DNA of 64,000 bases from an uncultured delta proteobacterium (GTDB taxonomy: Bacteria > Myxococcota_A > Polyangia > Polyangiales > Polyangiaceae): NCBI GenBank assembly GCA_963782055.1, contig CAWAIF010000003.1:5632001-5696000 (forward strand), written 5' to 3'. A program made the translations under genes and the position numbers. Positions 56,779 to 64,000 of the stretch are shown here, piece by piece (positions within the stretch are counted from its first letter, which is position 1; the number at the start of each line of letters is the position of its first letter). Below the pieces are notes generated by a model. It had not been told where the DNA came from, made no database searches, and saw only the letters and a list, made by a program, of their open reading frames with translations.

Positions 56779-57641
56779 GCGAACTTCGTCCCCCCGAGGG
56801 CCGCGACCAGGTTGTCGATGAAGGCGATGGTGTCTGCGCTCATGGGCTCGGGATCGGGGTCGGGGTTGGGCGTGGAGACCGGCGCCTCCGGCCGCTCCAC
56901 GTACTTGGCGTCCTTGGTGCTCCACACGCTGTAGCCGAGCGGCTGCTGATCGCCCTCGTAGTGGGTGAGCTTCCACCCGGTGAGGTCCTTGTTGCCGCCG
57001 TACTCCGGCGCGCCGAAGGCGCCCTCGGTCACCAGGGCGATGATCAGGTTCTTGAAGGTGATCTCCAGCGTGGCGAAGTAGTCGAGCAGGTCCTGCTGCG
57101 GGAGCGAGTCCAGCGGGCCGGGCGCGTTCTTGATCGCCTCCGCCAGGCCGGTCTTCATCCGGTCACGCAGGCCGACGACCGGGCCGAGCAGCGCCTCGTT
57201 GGGCGCGCCGCCCGGCAGCCCGGAGGAGCCGTAGAGCTCGAGCACCCACGCGGTGTGCTTGACCAGGCCGAGCGGGACGAAGGTGGCGAAGTCGTTCGGC
57301 GGGAAGTTGGTCGACGGATGGCCGGCATCGTCGGGGAAGGGCGCGCGGCCGGAGAAGGGGCCCCCGGCGAAGATGAAGGGCGTGACGGTCGTGTCGTCGA
57401 AGGCGGTGAGCAGGCGCTCGATGTACGCGACCGCGCCGAGGTCGGCGCCGCCAGGCGTGTCGTCCACGGGGATGACGGCGTTGGCCAGCGCGGTCAGGGC
57501 CCCGCGCTCCTCCGCGGTGAAGTACCCGGTGGCCGGCGGCGGCTGCACCTGGGTGCTGGAGTCGCACCCGACGGGGAAGGTCGCGGCGGCCGAAAGGGCG
57601 CCGAGGTAGCGCAGGAGTTCGCGGCGGGAGTGCGTGGCCAT
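56775..57641 (-). CDS. Gluconate 2-dehydrogenase subunit 3-like protein, putative Tat lipoprotein
   Basis: SRRELL twin-arginine motif plus PVGC. ANAVIPVDDTPGG, EGAFGAPEYGGN...GW. Confidence 0.88.
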   Translation of the reverse strand: MATHSRRELLRYLGALSAAATFPVGCDSSTQVQPPPATGYFTAEERGALTALANAVIPVDDTPGGADLGAVAYIERLLTAFDDTTVTPFIFAGGPFSGRAPFPDDAGHPSTNFPPNDFATFVPLGLVKHTAWVLELYGSSGLPGGAPNEALLGPVVGLRDRMKTGLAEAIKNAPGPLDSLPQQDLLDYFATLEITFKNLIIALVTEGAFGAPEYGGNKDLTGWKLTHYEGDQQPLGYSVWSTKDAKYVERPEAPVSTPNPDPDPEPMSADTIAFIDNLVAALGGTKFA

Positions 57642-57695
57642 CGCTCCCCATGATAAGCGCGCCCCCCTCCGGCGCGCCCAACTTTCCGGTGGCGC

Positions 57696-59474
57696 TCAGG
57701 CGGCGATGCGCGCGCGCCGGGCGTTGGGCGGAGCGCGCCGGTCCTCGCCCGCGTAGGCGGGCGCCGGCAGGGCGAGGCGGCGGTCGTGCAGCAGCTCGGC
57801 GAGGGCGACGACCCGGGCGCACGCGCTCCGGGCCCCGGGCAGCTCGGGCTCCAGCCGGTAGACCTTCTCCTCCGGCTTGCGGCCGGGGAGAGGCCGGGCC
57901 GACGGGCCGACGTACGCCGCCATCTTGGCGGCGGCGAAGCTTCCGTCCTGCACACGGACGAGGAGCTCGAAGGCGGGGGCGTAGGTCGCTCCCTCGCGCC
58001 GCCAGCCCACGCCCACCTCGACGCCCACGACCCCCGCCATCGCCGCGCGGGGCAACGTCAGCACGCGCACCTCGTCGGCCTCGTCGGCGCCCTGCGGGAA
58101 GCGCGCCCACGGTGTGACGCGCAGGTCGTCGCGCGCGTGGAGCGCTTGGTGGACCCGCCGCAGCGGCGCCGCGGCCCGGCGCGCACGCGGCAGCACGTGG
58201 AGCGAGGTCCCGGTGAAGAAGATCGGCACCAGCACCAGCGCGTCGATGGCCACCAGGAAGGGCGCGGCCGCGGCGAGGTGACGCGACGCCACGCCCAGAG
58301 CCACCAGCGCCGCGATCACGCCGACGAGCACCAGCCGCCCGGTGCGCGTGGTCGCGTCCAGCCCGTCGCCGGGCTCCCGCGTGCGAGCGAACACCTCCTC
58401 CGGGCGCAGGGCGAGCCACTCCCCGGGCCCGCGCGCCGCCCGGGGAGGCGTCGTCGCCCGCAACGCCAGCGCCGCCAGCGCGAGCGCCACCAGCGCCGCG
58501 CCGGAGAGCAGCGACCCGCCCGTCTGCGCGTGCACGCCGAGGGCGAGGCTGACCGACGCCACCGCCACGCGCAGCGCGGCGGGCAGGCGCAGCGGGCCGC
58601 GCGCCTCCGCCCCGGCCCTCGCGCAGCGCGCGGCGAAACCCCGCTGCTTGGCGAGCGCGAGCGCCGCCAGGATCACGCCGGCGAGCGCGGCCCCGAGCCA
58701 CGGCAGCCAGGGCCTGGAGGGAGCGAGCGGCGTGACGGCCGGCGACGGTGGGCGCAGCGCGGGATCCTTCAGCGCGGGCAGCGCCTTGGGATCGATCCGC
58801 GCCACCCACGCGGCCGACTCCCCGCGCGCGACGTGCGGGCGCAGCAGCTCCAGCTCGTCGCGCTCGGTGGTGCGGCGCAGGGTCGCGAGCATCCCCACCG
58901 CCGCAGGGTCGTCGCCGTCGTCGGACGCGGCGCGCGGCTCGGTGGGGGCGGCGGGCAGGTCGAACACGACGCGCATGCCGTCGGTGCCCTCGCTCATGGG
59001 CGGCGTGGCGAAGCGGAGACGGTAGAAGGCGCCGCTTCGGGTGAGGCGGCGCCCCGCGAGGCCGAGGGCGTAGCGGAGCTCGAAGGTGTACTGCCCGCGC
59101 CGCAGGCCCTTGACGTCGTCCACGGTGGCGTGGACCACGCCCTGCTCGTCGCGCACGACGAACAACGAGAAGGTGCGACCGTCGTCGGCGGTGACGGTGC
59201 CCTGCTCCTCGAACCGCGCGTCCTCGTCGAAGCCGGAGATCTCCGCGGTGCGGAAGGTGCCGGCGAGCACCTTGTAGACGATGCGGTGGACGACGTGCGC
59301 CGCGCCGTCCGGGTCGACGGTGACGCGCACGTCCACGCCGCCCAGGTGCACCTCACGCCACCCGCTGTCGGCGGCGGCGGCGGGACGGGAGACGGCGAGC
59401 AAGGCGACCGCGGCCAGGAGGAACGCGAGGACGGCGGCGGCACGTGCGGACCGGGCGGGGCGGCCGGAGGGCAT
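57696..59474 (-). CDS. Membrane protein with a DUF2207-like extracytoplasmic N-terminal domain
   Basis: Signal peptide, DVRVTVDPDGAAHV, YTFELRY, and several TM helices. Confidence 0.7.
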   Translation of the reverse strand: MPSGRPARSARAAAVLAFLLAAVALLAVSRPAAAADSGWREVHLGGVDVRVTVDPDGAAHVVHRIVYKVLAGTFRTAEISGFDEDARFEEQGTVTADDGRTFSLFVVRDEQGVVHATVDDVKGLRRGQYTFELRYALGLAGRRLTRSGAFYRLRFATPPMSEGTDGMRVVFDLPAAPTEPRAASDDGDDPAAVGMLATLRRTTERDELELLRPHVARGESAAWVARIDPKALPALKDPALRPPSPAVTPLAPSRPWLPWLGAALAGVILAALALAKQRGFAARCARAGAEARGPLRLPAALRVAVASVSLALGVHAQTGGSLLSGAALVALALAALALRATTPPRAARGPGEWLALRPEEVFARTREPGDGLDATTRTGRLVLVGVIAALVALGVASRHLAAAAPFLVAIDALVLVPIFFTGTSLHVLPRARRAAAPLRRVHQALHARDDLRVTPWARFPQGADEADEVRVLTLPRAAMAGVVGVEVGVGWRREGATYAPAFELLVRVQDGSFAAAKMAAYVGPSARPLPGRKPEEKVYRLEPELPGARSACARVVALAELLHDRRLALPAPAYAGEDRRAPPNARRARIAA

Positions 59475-59609
59475 GTCCTACATCTACCCACCCGCTCCGG
59501 ATGGGCCAAGATTTGGCGGGCGCGCCCTCCTCCCCCACGCTGTGCCCTCCCTTCGGCGCCAGGCTGTCGTATTCTGCGCGGGACCTGCCTCCCGGGTTGT
59601 TTCACCTCG

Positions 59610-60836
59610 ATGTCCGCGATTTCTCCCACCGCCGGGGCCGCGAGCGCCAGCCGCTCAGCCACCAGACCCACGCTGCGTGGCCTGCTCGGTCTCGACCTGC
59701 TCGACAACCGCTACCCCGCGCTGCACGGCCTTCGCTTCCTGGCGATCCTCAGCGTGGTGCAGTTCCACGTCACGTCCATGTTCGCCTTCGACGAGCACCT
59801 GCCGCTCGCGCACGGCTTCGTCGCCTCATCGCTCACCATCTTCTTCGGGATGGACCTCTTCTTCGTCCTGAGCGGCTTCCTCATCGGCTCCATCCTGCTG
59901 CGCTCGCTGCAGGCGCCCGGGAAGAAGCGCATCCGGCGCTTTTATCTGCGCCGCATCTTCCGCACCTTCCCCGCGTACTACGTGGTGCTCACCGTGCTGG
60001 CGCTCATCGGGCCGCTCACGGTGATGCAGCGTCACAACCTGATCTACGAGTACGCCTACCTCACCGACTTCAGGGTCATCACCCGCTTCGACCTGGTGAT
60101 GCTCTGGGGCTGGTCGCTCGCGCTGGAGGAGCAGTTCTACCTCGCCGTGCCGCTGCTCTTCTTCGCCCTGCTGCGCCTGAAGAGCGACCGCGCGCGCATC
60201 GCGCTGCTCACGTGCCTCTTCTTCGGCGGCCTCGCGTCGCGCCTCTTCATCTGGCACCACTACGGACCCTGGTCGGACGAGGGCCTCTACGGCGCCATCT
60301 ACTTCCGGACCTACACCCGCTTCGACACGCTGATCGCGGGCATCCTGCTGGCCTTCGTCCACGACCGCCACGGCCCCGCCATCGCCGTGTGGCTCCAGAA
60401 GCCCTTCCACCGCGCGCTCCTGGCGATGCCGTCGCTCGCATGCCTCTACCTCCTGTTGCGCCCGTGGATGTTCGGGTGGCCGGCGGTCCAGCTCGTCCAC
60501 GTCTTCGCGTGGGGCACGGTCACGAGCATCATGTACTTCTGCTTCCTCTTGCTGCTGCTGCACGGCGGCCAGGGGTGGGTGAGCCGTGCCCTGTCGCTCC
60601 CGGTGTTCCGCAGCCTGGCGACGCTCGGTTACGGCGTGTACCTCGTGCACATCCCGCTCTGCACGCTGCTCATCCTGCCGCTTGGCGTGACGCTGACCGC
60701 GTACCACGTGTCGATGGCGCTGGTGTGGCCGCTCTCGGTCGCCGCGCTGATGCTCGCCTCGCTCGTCGTCGCCTACGGGATGCACCTCTTCATCGAGAAG
60801 CCGGCCCTCGCGCTGCGGCAGCGCCTCGCCGCGTGA
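59610..60836 (+). CDS. Acyltransferase-3 (OafA-like) membrane O-acyltransferase
   Basis: LHGLRFLAI, GMDLFFVLSGFLI, FYLRRIFR, WSLALEEQFY, YGVYLVH, IEKP. Confidence 0.93.
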   Translation: MSAISPTAGAASASRSATRPTLRGLLGLDLLDNRYPALHGLRFLAILSVVQFHVTSMFAFDEHLPLAHGFVASSLTIFFGMDLFFVLSGFLIGSILLRSLQAPGKKRIRRFYLRRIFRTFPAYYVVLTVLALIGPLTVMQRHNLIYEYAYLTDFRVITRFDLVMLWGWSLALEEQFYLAVPLLFFALLRLKSDRARIALLTCLFFGGLASRLFIWHHYGPWSDEGLYGAIYFRTYTRFDTLIAGILLAFVHDRHGPAIAVWLQKPFHRALLAMPSLACLYLLLRPWMFGWPAVQLVHVFAWGTVTSIMYFCFLLLLLHGGQGWVSRALSLPVFRSLATLGYGVYLVHIPLCTLLILPLGVTLTAYHVSMALVWPLSVAALMLASLVVAYGMHLFIEKPALALRQRLAA

Positions 60837-60851
60837 CCTCGCTCGCCGCCG

Positions 60852-62591
60852 TCAGGGGTTGAACGGCTCGCCGAAGCCCGGCGCCGGCGGCGGGGCGTCG
60901 TGATACCCGGACTCGCTCTCCACGACCCAGAGCATCGACGGGTCGTCCAGGTCGCGGTCGAAGGTGAAGCGCACCGCGGGTGGGCGCCCCTGCGAGGAGC
61001 GGAGGATGGTCGCGCGCATGCCGGGCAGGGTGACCTGATCGCCCACGCGCAGGGGAGCGTCGTCGGAGCGGAAGAGATCGTCGCGGCCCTCCGGGAACAC
61101 CTCGTGGTGCTTGGCGGCGATCACGTCCAGGGTGTGGGCGTCCCTCCGGATGGCCAGCACGTGCCCGGTGAGCGCCAGCACGCGCCAGTGCGCCGGCGGC
61201 TTGCCCCCCGGGTTCATGACGAGCGCGCCGTAGAGCACCGTGAGCCAGGTGGCGCGCGGGAGGATCACGTCGACCTTCTCGGGGTCGGCCACGCGGTGCT
61301 GGAGCCACCGCGCGTGGTCGGCGAACTGCACGGCGTCGTGGCGGATGTCCCACGCGGCGACGAAGGAGGTGACCGGCGCCTCCACCAGGTGGGCGAACCC
61401 CAGCAGCACCGCCACGATCCCCGTCCACTCGGCTGCGCCGCGACGGGGCTCCTCCTTCGCGGGGAACCACGCCCGCTCGAGCACCAGCGCGACGAGGGGC
61501 GCCACCCCGAGCACCCCCACGCCGACGAGACGCGCCGACGGCAGCACGGCGAGGAGCGGCAGGAGGGCCAGGCTGGACCCGAGGAGCAGCCACTTGCCCG
61601 CCTGCCGGCGTGACGCGTCCAGGCCGGCGAAGGTCCGGCGGATGGGGACCCAGAGCAGCACCACCAGCACCACGGCGAGCCCGAGCAAGGCCCAGAGCGC
61701 GCCGGGCACGTAGACCTCGTCGAGCCAGGTGTCGAGGAGCAGGGTGGCGAGCCGGCGCGGGGCGGTGCTCAGGTAGAGCATCGGGTCGTGGAGGGGATCC
61801 CGGTAGAAGCCGGACCCCACGGTGCCGCAGTGCAGCGCCGCGCGGACGGCGAGGTAGGCGACAGCCGGCAGGAGGAAGGGCAAGACGCCGGCGGCGCGGC
61901 GCAGCAGCCCGTCACGCCGGACGAGCTCGATCGCCAGCACGTACCCGCCGAAGCAGAGCGCGTACTCCCCTCCGAGGAGCGCCACGGCGAAGAAGGCGGC
62001 GGCGAGGGCGGCGCTCCGCAGCGACGCCGCCTCCCGCCAGCGCAGGTAGGCGGAGAGACCCAGCGCGCCGAACGCCAGGGAGACCAGCGCCTCGCGGTTG
62101 GCCAGCCACGCCAGGGGCATCGCGTGACAGGGAGCCACCGCGAAGATGGCGGTGGCCAGCCACGCGGTGCGCCGGTCGAACAGCCGGCGGTAGAGCGCCC
62201 GCGCGGCCAGCACCGCCGCGGCCCACCAGAAGAGGGAGTGGAGGTGAGGGACGAGCGGGGCCCGGAAGAGGCGGTAGTCGAGCCAGAGCAGTCCGCTGGT
62301 GAGGGGGCGGAAGAAGCGGATGGTGAGCTGCGGGTGGCTCCACCAGGGCACCAGGCCACGAGCCATCAGCAGCGTGCGGTCGCCGTTCCCCACGAAATTG
62401 TAGAGATCGAAGGGGTTGCGCGAGACGGGATAGGTCCCGTGGACCATTGCGCTGTGCACGTAATCGTCCAGCATCAACGGCGTGGCGACAGCCGGGAGGA
62501 AGGCCACCAGCCCGACCAGGAAGATGGCGGCGTCGGCGAGCCAGGGGTGGCGCTGCCAGGGGGATGGTCGCGGGGGCGGTTGACGGGTCAT
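60852..62591 (-). CDS. Polytopic membrane protein, GT-C-like (TMTC-type motifs)
   Basis: DDY after TM1, FFRPL, H..SL, AIFAVAP.H, W...RE. Confidence 0.7.
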   Translation of the reverse strand: MTRQPPPRPSPWQRHPWLADAAIFLVGLVAFLPAVATPLMLDDYVHSAMVHGTYPVSRNPFDLYNFVGNGDRTLLMARGLVPWWSHPQLTIRFFRPLTSGLLWLDYRLFRAPLVPHLHSLFWWAAAVLAARALYRRLFDRRTAWLATAIFAVAPCHAMPLAWLANREALVSLAFGALGLSAYLRWREAASLRSAALAAAFFAVALLGGEYALCFGGYVLAIELVRRDGLLRRAAGVLPFLLPAVAYLAVRAALHCGTVGSGFYRDPLHDPMLYLSTAPRRLATLLLDTWLDEVYVPGALWALLGLAVVLVVLLWVPIRRTFAGLDASRRQAGKWLLLGSSLALLPLLAVLPSARLVGVGVLGVAPLVALVLERAWFPAKEEPRRGAAEWTGIVAVLLGFAHLVEAPVTSFVAAWDIRHDAVQFADHARWLQHRVADPEKVDVILPRATWLTVLYGALVMNPGGKPPAHWRVLALTGHVLAIRRDAHTLDVIAAKHHEVFPEGRDDLFRSDDAPLRVGDQVTLPGMRATILRSSQGRPPAVRFTFDRDLDDPSMLWVVESESGYHDAPPPAPGFGEPFNP

Positions 62592-62670
62592 CCGGACGGC
62601 CAGAGTCTCATTTGCGACTCTACCAGACCGAGGGTTGTCTCGGCCGTGGGGCTCGCGTAACGTCAACTCC

Positions 62671-63009
62671 GTGAAACTCGCCTCGCCTGCCTTCGCCTTT
62701 CGCCTCGCCGCCGCCGCGCTGCTCGCGGCGTGCGCCACCTCCGCCGGCACAGACGACACCGCCCTCGACGCCGGCAAGCCGGTGGACTCGGGCAAGATCG
62801 GGCAGGACGGGAACGTGAACCAGGACTCGGGTGGCCAGGACGCGGGCGACACGTGCGTCCCCACCTGCGCGACGGACCTGGACTGTCAGGACAGCTGCCA
62901 GGCGCCGAGCATCGGCATCTCGTGCTGCGACACGGCGACGAGCACGTGCTACACGGACAACTCGGGGCAGTGCCCGGCCGACTACGACGCCGGTAACGCC
63001 CCCGACTGA
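62671..63009 (+). CDS. Small Cys-rich lipoprotein
   Basis: LLAAC lipobox, with eight further Cys in the C-terminal domain. Confidence 0.75.
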   Translation: MKLASPAFAFRLAAAALLAACATSAGTDDTALDAGKPVDSGKIGQDGNVNQDSGGQDAGDTCVPTCATDLDCQDSCQAPSIGISCCDTATSTCYTDNSGQCPADYDAGNAPD

Positions 63010-63074
63010 CCGCCTGACCGCGCCGCCGAGGCGCGCGGCAACGCCCCGCCCGGGGCCGGCATCGGAACTGCAGC

Positions 63075-64000
63075 GTGGCGACCACCGCGGCCATACCCCA
63101 GCTCGCACGGCCCAAGCGCGTTCCCACCAACAAGTGGTTGGTGACGATCTCCATCACGTTCGGCACGCTGATGGGCGCGATCGACTCGTCGATCGTCAAC
63201 GTCGCGCTGCCGCACATGATGGGCTCGCTGGGAGCGACCATCCAGGAGATCACCTGGATCTCGACGGGCTACATCATCGCCACGGTCGTGGTGATGCCGC
63301 TGACCGCCTTCCTCGGGCGCCTCTTCGGGCAGAAGCGCGTGTACATGTTCTGCCTCGCCCTCTTCTTGCTGGGCTCGGCGCTCTGCGGGACGGCGCGCAC
63401 GCTGCCCGCGCTCGTCGTCTACCGCGCGCTGCAGGGCTTCGGCGCGGGCGCGCTGCAGCCCACCGAGCAGGCGATCCTCCGCCAGACGTTCCCGCTGGAG
63501 GAGCAGGGCATGGCGATGGCCCTCTTCGCCCTCGCCGTCATGCTCGGGCCGGCCGTCGGGCCGACACTCGGCGGGTGGATCGTCGACAACTACTCCTGGC
63601 CGTGGATCTTCTACGTGAACATCCCGGTGGGCCTGCTCGGCCTGACGATGGTCGCCACCTTCGTCCACGAGGACGAGGACATCGTCGCCAAGAACCGCGA
63701 GCTGGCGGAGCGACAACGCAAGAACATCGACTGGGCGGGTATCGCCTTCATGGTGGTGGGGCTGGTCGCCCTGCAGTACTTCCTGGAAGAAGGCGAGCGG
63801 GACTACTGGTTCGAGTCCACCGAGATCCGCATCGCCTTCGCCGTCGCGCTCATCGCGCTCTCCGCCTTCGTCGTGCGGGAGATGACGTGCGAGACCCCCG
63901 CGGTCAACCTGCGCCTCTTCAAGGACCCGGTGTTCCTCTCCGGCACCCTGATCGGCGGGCTGATGTTCGCGCTGCTCATGGCGACGATGTTCCTGCTGCC
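63075..64000 (+). CDS. DHA2 (EmrB/QacA) MFS efflux permease, runs off the window end
   Basis: Manual translation gives AIDSSIVNVALP, WISTGY, RALQGFGAG, GPAVGPTLGGW, WPWIFYVNIPVG. Absent from the ORF track because there is no stop. Confidence 0.92.
   Translation, partial: MATTAAIPQLARPKRVPTNKWLVTISITFGTLMGAIDSSIVNVALPHMMGSLGATIQEITWISTGYIIATVVVMPLTAFLGRLFGQKRVYMFCLALFLLGSALCGTARTLPALVVYRALQGFGAGALQPTEQAILRQTFPLEEQGMAMALFALAVMLGPAVGPTLGGWIVDNYSWPWIFYVNIPVGLLGLTMVATFVHEDEDIVAKNRELAERQRKNIDWAGIAFMVVGLVALQYFLEEGERDYWFESTEIRIAFAVALIALSAFVVREMTCETPAVNLRLFKDPVFLSGTLIGGLMFALLMATMFLL

Noticed and set aside
57786..60836. 1016-aa ORF as a large acyltransferase fusion
   Set aside because: The first ~600 aa are the antisense shadow of 57696..59474. 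The real gene starts near 59610.

Overview
A very GC-rich bacterial chromosome segment. Gene content (many Cys-rich lipoproteins, AgmX/PglI-like domains, a Ser/Thr kinase-TPR/PEGA cluster, an ECF-TPR module, an RpoH-family sigma factor) points to Myxococcota, probably Polyangiales; this is inference. About 60 CDS are supportable. Recognisable genes include alr, rsmI, dnaJ, an RpoH-family sigma factor, a FliI/SctN ATPase, an ABC-F protein, a heterodimeric ABC exporter, two GMC oxidoreductase pairs, an MctP-like symporter, two-component proteins, an OafA-like acyltransferase and a partial DHA2 MFS pump. I saw no rRNA, tRNA, CRISPR array, transposase or integrase. The most unusual structure is a lower-GC accessory cassette at 278-2980. 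Its gene A has a conserved N-terminus, a glycine-zipper-like helix and four PxPDD-GG-GP repeats. The 5' 316 bp of gene A recur at about 96% identity at 54495-54810, fused there to a divergent homologue of the cassette's downstream gene B. Other notable points: a ~180-bp nested-hairpin repeat family mostly sitting in one orientation just behind stop codons, an internally deleted esterase relic and a cyclase fragment, an orphan fliI/sctN translationally coupled to dnaJ, and many start codons preceded by TAnnnT -10 boxes suggesting leaderless transcripts. Functional calls come from motif recognition by eye; no database searches were run.
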